A program made the translations under genes and the position numbers. A stretch of DNA of 64,000 nt. Source: Felis catus. Taxonomy: Eukaryota. The notes beneath the pieces were generated by a model. It made no database searches. It saw only the letters and a list, made by a program, of their open reading frames with translations, and had not been told where the DNA came from. Positions within the stretch are counted from its first letter, which is position 1. Each line of letters starts with the position of its first letter. The DNA lies in assembly GCF_018350175.1 (NCBI RefSeq), contig NC_058383.1:21516001-21580000 (forward strand). The letters are read 5' to 3'. Below are positions 36,446-49,030 of this stretch, one piece after another.

Positions 36446-36637
36446 TAAACATTAACTAACTAAAGGAAAGAAAGAAAGTTACTGAAGAACCCACTTGCAA
36501 GGCTGGACATTGGGAGTCAGGCGATGCTAAAATTTCAATTCTGCCCCTTCTCTGGCTTATGATTTGGTAGAAAAACTCCCCCCTGAAACAGAGAATTCTT
36601 CTTGGGCTTCAACTGTAACTGAGGAGAGACCACTCAC

Positions 36638-36809
36638 AGCTGTGGGGTTTGGATACGTTTTCTTGAATCATCTCCAACTGGATGGTGGTGATGCTGGTCT
36701 CAGGGGTCCCATTCTGAGAGACCGGAAGAGGCAGGGGAGTTGCTGGTGGGAGTGGCTGTTCCTTCTGGACCATGGGGTCATGACGAGTAAACCAGGTCAG
36801 GCGGCTTAC
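36638..36809 (-). CDS. SLC5A11: SLC5A11 coding exon (~exon 15), large cytoplasmic/loop region
   Basis: ccttag|GTA AGC CGC CTG ACC TGG...CAC AGC T|gtgagt; VSRLTWFTRHDPMVQKEQPLPPATPLPLPVSQNGTPETSITTIQLEMIQENVSKPHS; not in ORF track. Confidence 0.92.
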
Positions 36810-37454
36810 CTAAGGAGCAGCGATGGATTAGAAGATTGGGGTCCCCTGCTCGACCCCGCGTTCAGCTTCATGTCTGAGAATGTCCCCGGCCTGGCCCTGT
36901 CACTGCACCTACCACGAGCTCCACTCCCTGCACTCTTCAGAAGCAGTGGGCATTCCCCCCACGATTCCCCCAGGTTATTTCAGCAGCCTCAGTTCTGTTG
37001 GGACCTCCCCCCACCCCTCCCTCATTCCAACCCCCAGAGCTTAACCCCAGCCCGGGAATCTGGGGGGACCCGCCCGTGAGCCACTCAGCACGTATATTTC
37101 TCTAGCTACAGGGACTGAATTGGTTCGCAGATACATGTGTCGAGCCGACTCCATCGATGGGAATCGGGAGCTTTGCCAGAAATGCTGGGACGAACATGTT
37201 TCTGCTATTGCTTAATGAATATAAGAGAAGATAAAAGCCTTAGAAGCTGGCAGGCCCCTGTGGTGCCTGAAAATAGAGGCAGAAATAAGGATGCATTCTG
37301 ATGATCCTCAGCCCTGAATCAGGCCATCCCTCAAGCCTAACCCTGGATGTCCCAGCTTTTTGAACAATCGAACCCTCTTTGTTAGGGCCAGCGTGGGTCC
37401 GTCTGCTCACGGCACAGGGTCTCCGTGGTTACACAGTACCAAACCCAAATGTAC

Positions 37455-37670
37455 CATTTCCTTGGAGGGTGGCTCCGTGAACCAGCTCACAACGGACACC
37501 GTGATCAGAGTAACCGCGGACAGAATCATGGAGAAGTAGAGGTAGTGGACATGCTTCACCACGGCGGGGCGGTCATCTGGCTGGTCACACCGAGGCTGCG
37601 TGTAAACGAAGTCCAAGGCCAGCCGAATCAAGCCTAGGAGAAGGCCCAAGATCAGACCTGAGAAAGCACC
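37455..37670 (-). CDS. SLC5A11: SLC5A11 coding exon (~exon 14)
   Basis: ttacag|GGT GCT TTC...GAA ATG|gtacat; GAFSGLILGLLLGLIRLALDFVYTQPRCDQPDDRPAVVKHVHYLYFSMILSAVTLITVSVVSWFTEPPSKEM. Confidence 0.96.
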
Positions 37671-38077
37671 CTGTAAATCAGAGCAAGGCCATCTTAGAGA
37701 CGTCCAAGGTTAAGGGGCGGCCGGCCTGGGCCTCTGCGGACCTCGACCTCGACCTTGACCTTGACAAGCCGTCCTCAAGAGCTTGGCTCTCTAGGGACGG
37801 TCAATGCACACGTCAGTGATTTGAAAGGACTGCAAGTTACTCAGCTGTTTATCTTTCACACGTGACTAATCATTTATGCATAATTCACTCCTTGTTAACT
37901 CGGCTCCCCCGTTTAATGACGGAATGCATCAACACAGAACCCCCATCGCTGCTTTGCAAAGGCCGGGTGGCACCCTCCCCATGCCTCCCTCCACAGAAAC
38001 GCGTCCCCGGAAACGCCACCCATGCCCTCACGGGGCGGCGCTAGCTTCTCGCGTGGTGGAGACTCGTCCAGAGCTAC

Positions 38078-38246
38078 CTTTTCATTGGTCCGCTTCCAGA
38101 AACATCCCATGATGAAGACCACAGCCACTGGCGGCTGCAGGTAGGAGCTGATGGACTGGATGTAAATGAAGAGCTGGCCCCCCTGGCTGGCCTGAACCAC
38201 GGGGATCCAGAGGATGGAGATCAGCACCAACAACAACACAAACACC
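38078..38246 (-). CDS. SLC5A11: SLC5A11 coding exon (~exon 13)
   Basis: tgtcag|G GTG TTT...GAA AAG|gtagct; [56 protein letters not shown]. Confidence 0.97.
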
Positions 38247-38319
38247 CTGACAGCAGGCCGAGAGAGACCCTGGTTAGTATGCCTCCCGGGATGCTTACTG
38301 CTGTCTCTTGTTAACAGCT

Positions 38320-39885
38320 CTATTGGGGTAGAATTTTCACACCATAAGATTCACCCATCGCAAGTGTACAATCCCAGAACTTCGGGTAACACAATCAAGA
38401 TTCAGAGCATCCACTGCTGGGGCGCCCGGGTGGCTCAGTCGGTCGAACATCCCACTTCGGCTCAGGTCATGATCTCACAGCTCGTGAGTTCGAGCCCCAC
38501 CTCGGGTTTTCTGCTGTCAGCACAGAGCCCACTTCAGAGCCTCCTCTCTCTCTGCGCCTCCCCTGCTCACACTGTCTCCCTCAAAAATAAACTAACATTA
38601 AAAAAAAAAAACCCCGCCAAACAGTTTTAAACAGTTGGACCGTTTTACATTCCTACCTGTAGTGCTATGAAAGTTGCTATTTCTCTACCTCCGTGTCTTT
38701 TTTTAACGTTTATTTATTTTTGAGACAGCGCGTGTGCGCACGTGCGCAAGTGGAAGAGGGGCACAGAGGGAGACAGAGGATCTGAAGCGGGCTTTGCACT
38801 GACAGCAGAGAGCCCGATGTGGGCCTCAAACCCACAGATCACGACCTGAGCTGAAGTCGGACGCTCGACCAACTGAGCCTCCTTGCCTTTTTGATTACAG
38901 CCATTCTAGGGGGTGTGTAGCTTTCTAGGGGTACAGTCTCATTTTGGAGATTGATCTAGATCGCAGATCCTTTGTCAGCTACATGGCTTGCAAATATTTT
39001 CTCCTCATCTGTGGCGTCTCTTCTCATTGCCTTGATGGTGCCCTTTGAAGTGAAAAACTTTTAGCTTTTGATGAAGTCTAATGTATTACAATTATTTTTT
39101 CTTTTCTGGGTTATGCTGTCTGTGTCTGACCTAAGAATGCTTTCACTAACCCAAGACTGAGACAGCCCTCCGGGCTCCAAGATGCCTTATTAGCATGTAT
39201 TTTACATAAAATTTGCATACCACTCATTTTGGTCACTTTCGTTCCCCCCCACTAGACTTCAGCACCTTGCAAAAAGCCTTGATAGAAAAGCCTTCCCTGA
39301 GGGGGTGCCTGGGTAGCTCAGTGGGTAGAGTGTCTGACTTCCGCTCAGATCATGATCTCACAGTTTGTGAGCCTGAGCCCCGCGTCGGGCTCTGTGCTGA
39401 CAGCACAGAGCCTGGAACCTGCTTCGGATTCTGTGTCTCCCTCTCTCCGCTCCTCCCCCGCTCACGTTCTGTCTCTCTCTGCCTCTCTCTCTCTCAAAAA
39501 TAAACATTAAAAAAAATTTTTTTAAGGAAAGCCTTCCTGAGTCCCCAGAACCCCATCTCCCTTTTACCAGGCTTTGGGGTCCTACCCAGTCCAGGCTGGG
39601 GACTCCTCCTCTGAATTTTTACATCTCCTGGCTCCTGATCATAGCACTCATTGGGGTTGTAATTTCCTTTTATTTTTTTTAATTAAAAAAAAGTTTATTC
39701 ATTTATTTTGAGAGAACACACGAGCAGGGGAGGGGCAGAGACAAGAGGGAGAGAGAGAATCCCAAGCAGGCTCCATGCCATCAGCACAGAACCCAATGTG
39801 GGGGTTGATCCCACAAACCATGAGATCTTGACCTGAGCCAAAATCAAGAGTTGCACACTTAACCATCTGAGCCACTCAGGCACTC
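38320..39885. mobile_element. Old L1 fragment (minus) interrupted and flanked by four SINECs
   Basis: L1 motifs cctttgtcag...gcaaatattttctc, ttttgatgaagtctaat; SINECs at ~38418+, 38697-, 39301+, 39667-. Confidence 0.75.
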
Positions 39886-40207
39886 TGTAATTTGCTTTTT
39901 AATTATCCTTTCTCTGTAATTCTCTTCTCTTCTCTTTAGTTTTGTGAAAGCAAGAACTAAATCTTTGCTTTGCACTGCTGTGCGCCTGGCCACCTGGCAC
40001 ATAGTAGGTGCTCAGGGAACGTCTCTTGGATGAGTGACTTCTCTGCACACAGAGTCCTAAGGAACCTCCCCTTTGCCATCAGAGGAGGCTGAGCCTCCAG
40101 GATGAGTGGCTGGTGGGGCGTGGCCTCTGGGTGGGCTCAGCCTTCTCCTCCCTGGGTATGTGGGACTTTTCACTGCCCTCCCCCAGCCCTGCTCGGTACG
40201 GCCTTAC

Positions 40208-40358
40208 CTGCCGACAATCATGAGCTCCCTCTCGGACGCCCGGGGCCGGATGCAATTCCAGAGGTCCATGGTGAAGATGGTGCTGGCACTGTTAAAGATG
40301 GAGGTGAGGGAGGACATGAGCGCCGCCACCATCACGGCCATCATGAGCCCACGGAGCC
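40208..40358 (-). CDS. SLC5A11: SLC5A11 coding exon (~exon 12)
   Basis: ccccag|GG CTC CGT...GTC GGC AG|gtaagg; [50 protein letters not shown](R), including the AALMSS Na-site helix. Confidence 0.97.
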
Positions 40359-40699
40359 CTGGGGGCAAAAGGGAGGTCTATGGGCCTCAGGTTTCTCCTA
40401 CTACCGGCTGTTACCTCCACTCATGACCCCAGGACCCCAGGCCTGTAGCACCAGCTGATCCCAGTCGGTGCCCCTAGGAGGAGGCAGAACTCAGGGGACC
40501 ATGAGGAGGGACTGGGGTTGGTTGTGGGGAGTCAGGCGGAGACCCCTGCAGAGCCAGGGCCTGGGTTTTATTCGGGGGCTCTGTGGCTCGGTCCCTCCCA
40601 CGGCCCTCCCATCTTGTCCCTCCTTCAGGTCAGGGCTCAGCCGAGGCCCTCCTTTCTGGACGCTCCAGGGGACTGCACTTAGGGGAGAGGGGACATTAC

Positions 40700-40807
40700 C
40701 TGTGGGCAGGAGCTCCAGCACAAGTTTGGGGTACGCGATGTCTGAGCAGCCAGAGGGATTGCTGCAGACCTTCAGGCAGGTGTCTGGGTCCGCACAAGCC
40801 ACTTGAT
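40700..40807 (-). CDS. SLC5A11: SLC5A11 coding exon (~exon 11)
   Basis: ccacag|AT CAA GTG...CCC ACA G|gtaatg; DQVACADPDTCLKVCSNPSGCSDIAYPKLVLELLPT. Confidence 0.96.
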
Positions 40808-43800
40808 CTGTGGAAGAAACGAGGCCCGGAGTGAGCAGAGCCTCTGAGCCCAGGCCTTGCCAAAACACGGCCCGACTGACGCAGGCCGGCACCAGGAGCC
40901 AGGGTTATTGCATATACCAGCATAGCTCAATGAAATAAAGGAGCCTGGACTCTGTACACCACGACCTTCTTGTTTAACCTTGCCATCGCTGCAAAACTGG
41001 AACGGTCACATAACGATCGTAGCGGGGGTTGGCCGAGATGACATACGTCATGCGCTTAACACAGTCTGATACCCAGGAAGGGCTGGATACATTGCAGCTG
41101 TTATTACCGTGACCCAAATAAAGCTGACATACACCTAGCGACCACTCTCTCCACAGTGTCCTACATCAGGCTGCATCCCCGGATCCCCCAAAAGGGGCCG
41201 CAAGCATTTCACATCTTGCCTGCCATTTGTCGGAGGTGCAAAGGCGAATGCCATTGACTGGCACGTGGCGAGTTATTTTCTAAATCCCTCTTTACCCATC
41301 TCCTCAATAGCTTTTCTCACTGTAGGCTCATAACAACCTGACCACGCTGGCTGAATGTCTCTCCTCCTCTCCCTGTAATTCTGTATCAGGTCTTTTCCCT
41401 CCTGGACAGCATTCTAGTTTTCTAGTGTAAATCCATCATGGCTTCCTGGCATCTGTAGTTCTTTCTTTTTTATTTTTAATTTTTTTAATGTTTATTCATT
41501 TTTGAAAGACAGAGAGAGACAGAGCACAAGCAGGGGTGGGGCGGAGAGAGAGAGGAGGACACAGAATCTGAAGCAGGCTCCAGGCCCTGAGCTGTCAGCA
41601 CAGAGCCCGAGGCGGGGCTCGAACTCTTGAGCCGAAGTCAAGACACTCAACCGACTGAGCCACACAGGTGCCCCCTGGCATCTGTAGTTCTTTATGTCTT
41701 CCTAGCCTAAGGATGAACAATCCCAGAAGACGAGCCTAGGTCTCCGGCTCGGAGGACAGAGTGTGTGGCATTGAGTAGGTGCTCAATAAATTTTTATGGG
41801 GCCGGGGCTAGCTATCACAGAACTGCTGTTTACTTTTTCATAACCATATGAGGAAGGCAGAGATTACTTTAACCATTTCACAGATAAGGAACCAGGGCGA
41901 GGGACCTGATTATAAACACCTAGGTCATGTCAGAGGCAGAGCTGAAACCCAGGTCTCCTGACTCCCAATCCAATTTTTCAGAGGAGGAAGACCAAGAGAG
42001 TGTATGTTTTCCATCTTTAATGAGCCAGTCACCTCATCTGAGGCTCAATCGTGACCACTGGGGCCTTCAGAACTCTGTATGGTCTCAATGGTTTGGCACC
42101 TGCACCTGAATGACATCTTTCCTGTCACCTTGTCACCTTCTGCCTTCCTCAGCTCCTGATATCTGAGCCGACCAATGCTCCTCACCACCGTGCCAACGTC
42201 TACCCAACACCTGTCACCCTGGCTGGGCCACTTGTGATCTCTCAAGTCTCCTCTGTCAGATGGACTGAAAACTAGCTCCCACGAATCACTCCTGGCCCCC
42301 TATTCTCAATCCAAAGGCTTCAGTCCTTTTTCCTCATTTTGAGGGGTGACACTGCTTTTCAGCCCATCTCGAACCTCAGTTTACAAGTGAACATGGAGCC
42401 CTCCACGGCCTGTGCCGACTTCCCCCCCACCCCCCGCCCATTCCAATGCAGTTCCAGTGTCATGATAACCATTTAGGTGAGGCCTCAAAAGCAGATGTTG
42501 GACAGTATACCAGATGAGCTTATATATTCTATATTTTTACCTGCATTAAAACTGCTAATTTAATAAATGTCAAAGGAGACCACGATTTTAAAATGCAAAA
42601 TGGGGCACCTGGGTGGCTCAGCTGGTTAAGCTTCCAACCTCGGCTGAGGTCATGATCTCGCGGTTCGTGGGTTCAAGCCCCGTGTCGGGCTCTGTGCTGA
42701 CAGCTCTGTTTCAGATTCTGTGCCTCCCTCTCTCTCTGCCCCTCCCCTGCTCACACTCTGTCTCTGTCTCTCTCAAAAATGAAAAAAAAAATTTTTTTTA
42801 GATGCAATATTGTTGTATCTTCCTTTTTGTAACATCAGACCTCAGAAATGGAAATACTCTTGGCCCTTTCATCCACTGGGAAGTCCAAAGTCATAGTGGT
42901 CTCTATAAAATTTCTCCACACGCTGTCATTTGTCTTCTCAAATACGGGACCCTTTGCTCCACTAACATCCACCAATGGGTGTTGTGGCCACAATCGATCA
43001 TACAATTGCTGCGGAATAGAAGTAGATGCCCCCAAAACTCTGGTTCAATCCTTACGTAAAATTAAAACTGTAGACCAAAAGTGATATTTGATGAGAAGTC
43101 TTGAGCTGAAAACATCTTAAGAAAAATTATTTTGAGAGTTCAAAGTTCTTGGCTTTTTATGACTCCTCTGAGAAGTCTTAAAAGATAAGGAAGTACTGTC
43201 ATTCCCATGCCCAGAACATCGTAAGGAGCCTCCCAGTCGGGCAAAGGTCTTGTTCACCTTCAAATCCTATGGGCTTTGCTTCTTTTTGTCCAAAACCCCT
43301 CTCTTCAAGGTACATCTAGAAGGAGAAAGACTCTCCCCGAGATATTTAATTAACTACACAGTTTAACCTTTGGTTGTTAACTTCATGTTGTTTATCCTTC
43401 TCGACATGCAACCTTCAACCATGAAATGTGACAGACACAGTTTACAAGGCCATTGTCCTTGTCTGTTCAGCTTAAAGAATCCATAAGGATATTAGTTCGC
43501 TCAGCTAAGTTACATGTGGAACCAACGGCCTGGCAGATCATTAACCCACATTCAGTAACAACCACCCACATGCCTTAGGTTAATTAATCAACCATTCAGA
43601 TCTGGGGCAGGTTCTTCTGTCAGAACCTCTGATGTCTGACAGTAAGGATGCTTCTGGCAATGTCAGATCCGAATAACACAAAACCTGTTTCTGAATGCCA
43701 ACATTCACCGGAGGTTCACTATGGCTCAGGTGCTACAGATAAAGACAGTACATATACCTTCTCTATATTCTTCACAACTCCATGGGGAAGATGTGGTTAT

Positions 43801-44180
43801 TACCCCTATTTTAAAGACAAGTAAATTGAGGCCCAGAGAGGTGAAAAGGCTTCCCCAAATCATACAGCTAGAAGCATCATGGGTGGGTCTCATTCCCATT
43901 TCCAGGGCTCAGGTGGGACCACTGGCTTTGTACATGGGTACATTTCTAGATTCATGTTTTATTGGTTTTGAGGGTGGTTTTGCTTCTCAGTTTCCACTAG
44001 GGTTCATTTCAAAGTCTGCACCATTTCTCACTTGGATAAGCGGAAGAGAGTGTTGTCCAGACTCATGATAGCTCAGGACTGCAGCATCCTTTTAGGTGGT
44101 TTCTGGACCCAATTGAGGATTCAGGGGGCACCTGGCAGGGCAGACATGGGGGAAGACACAGGAACAGGTAAGTAGAGTGG

Positions 44181-44553
44181 CCAGGGTTTCTCAGTCTTCT
44201 GGAGGGCTTGTTAAAAACAGATTGCCGGGCTTCAACTCCAAGAGATTCTGATTCAGTAGGTCTTGGATGGGGCCTGAAAATTTGCATTGTTTTTAAAGAG
44301 AGAGAGCACAGGTTGGGGAGAGAGGCAGACTGAGACAGAGAGGGAGAGAGAGAGAGAGAGAATTAAACAGGCTTCACACTTGAGTGTGGAGGGGGCTCGA
44401 TCCCACAACTCTGGGATCATGACCTGAGCCGAAATCAAGAGTCAGATGCTTAACTGACTGAGCCACCCAGGCGCCCCTGAAAGCCTGCATTTCTAACAAG
44501 TTCCAAGGCGACACTGATGCTGCTAGACTGGGGACCACACTTGGAGAAGCACT
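44181..44553. mobile_element. MER5A-like hAT MITE split by a SINEC (~44290-44477, minus)
   Basis: ggagggcttgttaaaaacagattgccgggc...gattctgattcagtaggtct [SINE] tgcatttctaacaagttcc...ggaccacacttggagaa; duplicated target gaaa..tgcatt. Confidence 0.85.
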
Positions 44554-45333
44554 TGTCCAGGCCTTCAAACACACTATGACCACCTCACCCTCTCCACCCT
44601 ACTTCACTCTCTCTTCACACTTACTGCTGGTACCACATGCTAGAGTGTTTTGATTCATATTTTAGCTTGCTTTTTCCTGAGTACCAGACTCATCCATTAC
44701 ATTACAAAGTCCTTAGGGGCAAAGAACATGGCATCGTGATTGCTGATTGGCTGGCTGTTAACAGTGATGGTCAGGGTCTTGTGATTGGTCTTCCAGACAC
44801 CGACCCAAAGCTTAAAGTGCAATTTGCTGCAAGATACAGTAACATGAGGGGCACCTGGCTGGCTCGGTCAGTTGAGCGTCCAATTCTTGGTTTCTGCTCA
44901 GGTCAAAACCTCATGATTCATTAGTTCAAGCCCCGCGTTGGGCTCTGTGCTGACAATGCGGGGTCTGCTTGAGATCCTCTCTTTCCCTATCTCTCTGCCC
45001 CTTCCCTGCCATGCACGCTCTCTCTCTCAAAATAAACAAACTTGATACATGATTAAGAGTCGGGCTTTGAAGGCCGATGCACCTAGGTTCAAATCCCAGC
45101 TCACCCAGCACTAGCCAGGTAACTTCTGGCAAGTCACGTAGCCTAGGAGGGGTCTAGATTGCTCTTCCGTAACCCCCACATCCAACCCATCATTAATCTT
45201 ATTAGCTCGGGGTGCCTGGGTGGCTCAGTCGTTAAATGCTGGACTCTTGATTTCAGCTCTGGTTACGATCTCACAGTTGGTGAGTTTGAGCCTCGCATCA
45301 GGCTCTGTGCTGACAGCACAGGACCTGCTTGGG

Positions 45334-45380
<47 letters not shown>

Positions 45381-47227
45381 ATAAATGAATAAACTTAAAA
45401 AAAATCTTATTGGCTCCACTCTGAAATGTATTTTGAAAACATCCATATGGATCAACTTTTTTTTTTTTTTTAATGTTTAGTTTTGAGAGACAGAGTATGA
45501 GCAGGGGAGGGGCAGAGAGAGAGGGAGACACAGAATCCGAAGCAGACTCCAGGTCTGAGCTGTCAGTACAGAGCCCAACGTGGGGCTTGAACTCACAAGC
45601 CTTGAGATCACGACCTGAGATAAAGTTGGACGCCTAACCGACTGAGCCACCCAGGCGCCCCTTTGTGGATCAACGGCTTCCTTGTCACAGAGGACATCCC
45701 TGGAAAGCTTGTCAGAAGAAACCACTGTCCAGCATTCCCTGCAACATCTCCCTGTGCCTGTCACTCACAGCTGTCGGCACAATCAATGGATATTTATTAT
45801 CTTTTTCTCCTCCACCACTAGAATGTGAGCCCTACAACAGCAGAGATACTGTTTGTCTTATTCACTAATGGATCCCCAGCATCTTCTAGAATAAGGCCTG
45901 GCAGATCATTGGCTCTCAGGATCTTTGGTGGATACACAGAAGAATAAATAAATGAGCAGACGAACTGACTTCTCTGAGCTTCAATTTCCTCATCTGTAAA
46001 TGAAAACAGCCCTAACAGTACCTATCTCTTAAGGCTGTTTTGAGGAGTAAATGAGATAATACATTAAAAAAAAAAAAAAAAAAGAGCAAACACTTCTACA
46101 GTGCTTACTTGTGCCAGAACTGCTTTACGTCTCATGAAGTAATATCCCCGTTTTATGAGTGAGGAAACAGAGGCAAGTGGCTTTCCAAGGTCACACAGCT
46201 AGTATGTGGCAGAGCCAGGATTCTGGCTGTACCGTTCAAATCAGAGTCCATATTCATAACCACTGCACTCTCGGTTAAGACTCGGCGTGATGAACGTAGG
46301 TTGTTTAAAGCTGCATTCTTGTGCACATGTTAAGCCTACCCGAGAGCTGTGTATTTTCCATCAAGTCACTCCAGCTCTTAGTCTCAGGAGGGTTTTTCCA
46401 AGCCTTGTGCACTTTCCCTGGACACCGGCCCAGTGACTCTGGGTTCTCCATGCCATCTGGACTGCAGGAGCATGAGCCCAGCGTCTAGCACCACGGACAG
46501 CTCCCCACACTTTCCTCCTAATGCTTACTGTCCTAAATTATTCTGACAAAATTTCTGGGCCATCCTACCCTTTCTTTACCAGGTGGCACCGTTTAGGATA
46601 AAGCACAAAGAGGAAGCACTCTAGGTTACACTCCCCTTTGAGTTAACAGCCTTGGTGGGCATGAGAGAAAGCTCACCGATATGGAAAAAGAGGAACTTTC
46701 CTCCATACAGATCAGCCGTTCCTGACATCACAGTGACTCCCGATTACACCCTCCCCCCAGTCCTGTTTATCCACACAGTGCAAATGTCATCACTTTACCA
46801 GACTGAAAAAACTTGTCTAAGGCAAATATTCTAGAGGCTATGATATCACTGATTTTTGTTAAATACCCCCAAAGTTATTTGGCCACTGGGCCAAAATGAC
46901 CAAATGGAGCTGAAACACTAAAGCATTAAGAGGAACTCTCACATTAGTCTTTAGGAAACTGACATCTGGAACCACGAGGTCTTAGCTCAGTTTGTGGCTT
47001 CAAAAAAATACACACGGGTCAGCCCTCGATTGGACATATACTAGACGTTCCTGTTGCACCCCTGTTGGGAAACAGTATAGAGTCAAATGTCCGGATGGAG
47101 ATGCCTCAGTCAAAATCACTCTGCAGGGACTCCAATCACATTCTAGGATGGCAGTCACACATTTAGAACATGTCACAGGGCCTGAAACTCAAAGACAGAT
47201 GGCCTCTACTCCCCACTGTCTTCTCAC

Positions 47228-47363
47228 CTGGGAAGAGGACACGACTGACCATTCCAGGGAATACCATCATGAAGAGAGGAAGCACCTTCAGGTAGGCAGC
47301 CATCAGAGAGCCTCCTTTGGCATGGGACAGGTTCTTGGCAGCCAGAGACCGCTGAACAATCAC
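47228..47363 (-). CDS. SLC5A11: SLC5A11 coding exon (~exon 10)
   Basis: ttccag|GTG ATT GTT CAG...TTC CCA G|gtgaga; [45 protein letters not shown]. Confidence 0.97.
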
Positions 47364-48706
47364 CTGGAAAACAGTGGGGTGGTTGGGAGCTGAGGTGGCT
47401 CTCTGTAACGGCAAACTAAGTGTGCACAGCTCCTGAGTACGTGTCAAGGACTTAGGATCTTGGTTTGCCTGGCTTCCCTCAGAGGAAACATTGCTTCCCT
47501 ATCTCCAATACCCATCGTACAGTTCGGGAAGCCAGGAATCCCATTCTGTTCCCTCCCCACTCCTTTATCCTGGGATTGCCGCTGGCCAATTAGATTTCTC
47601 CACAGAGTTACTCTATTTCTCTGGCTACCATTTTCAGTTAAGGACAAGTACAAATCCAAGGTGGGCCAGTTACAACTTCCCACGGAACTTCTCTAAGTAT
47701 CCGACTTCAGCTCAGGTCATGATCTCATGGTTCGTGGTTCAAGCCCCGTGTCGGGTCTGTGCTGACAGCTCAGAGCCTGGAGCCTACTTCGCATTCTGTG
47801 TCTCCCTCTCCCTCTCTGCCCCTCCCCTACTCATGCTCTGCCTCTCCCTCTCTCAAAAATAAATAAACATTAAAAAATTTTTGAGAGACGGGCGCCTGGG
47901 TAGCTCAGTCGGTTAAGTGTCCGACTTCAGCGCAGGTCATGATCTCATGGTTTGTGAGTTCGAGCCCTGTGTCGGGCTCTGTGTGGACAGCTCGGAGCCT
48001 GGAGCCCACTTCCGATTCTGTGTCTCCTGTCTCCTTCCCTCTCTGCCCCCCCCCAACTCTTGCTTTGTCTCTCTGTCTCTCAACAATGAATAAATGCTAA
48101 AAACAATTTTTTTTTTAATTAAAAAAAATTTTTTTGAGAGAGAGACAGAGCACACCCCCAGGCCCAAGTCATGGAACCACAGTTCATAGGACTGGTATGA
48201 AAAGGAATTAATTCACTGAATGGTTAGATCAGGGCCTGGATCAGCATCAGGAAATGTTTAAATGCCATTATAATTGTCTACTGTTACTTACCTTCTCAGT
48301 CTCTACCCAGGAAGATCTGGAACATTCTTTGTGAATTGTGAATGCTGCTTTACCCATGTCCTGTTCTAAAAGTAGCCTAGACAGAGGGCTGTGCGTTCCC
48401 TAGGGCAGCACCAGCACAGTGAACCAAGTCAGAAGACTCTACAGAATCTAGGTCAGCAGCTATACTGTGTGGTCAAAACCAGAGTCGCAGCGTCAAGGAG
48501 CGCTTGGGTTTCTAGGCCCTCTTGCCCTGCCTGGCATTTGGAAGGAGACAGAGTCCCCTATGACTACATCCCCAGGCTCCTGAACCATGCAAGGTGGGTT
48601 GGAGGTGGCTTTCAAAGGGTGCATGCTGGAATCCCAACTAAGAAGGGTGTGAGGAATCTCAAGGAAATATTTGCACAAATTCATACTGTGTGAAGAGCAG
48701 TTAACA

Positions 48707-49030
48707 GGGGCGTGTGGCTGGCTCAGTGGGTAGAACATGTGATTCTTTTTTTTTTTTTTTTTTAAACGTTTATTTGAGGGAGAGAGACAGAGCGTGAGTA
48801 GGGGAGGGGCAGAGAGAGGCGCAGAGAGAATCCAAAGCAGGCTCCAGGCTCTGAGCCATCCGCACAGAGCCCGACATGGGGTTTGAACCCACAAGCTTGT
48901 GAGATCATGACCTGAGCTGAATCTAGACACTTAACCAACTGAGCCACACAAGGCTCCCCTTTGCGATTCTCCATCTCAACATTATGAGTTTAAGCCCCAC
49001 ATTGGGCGTGGAGCCTACTTAAAAAAAAAA
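48707..49030 (+). mobile_element. Older short SINEC with a younger SINEC_Fc (minus, ~48746-48960) nested inside
   Basis: Host head ggggcgtgtggctggctcag resumes after the insert as ccatctcaacattatgagtttaagccccac; TSD tg(t/c)gattct. Confidence 0.82.

Noticed and set aside
43260..43620. Possible endogenous bornavirus-like G or L fragments (WPCK.VSVTF, RSEWLIN.P, YLEERGF..EAKP)
   Set aside because: Matches are short, point to different proteins and are not consistently colinear; kept only as a minor alternative in the fossil finding
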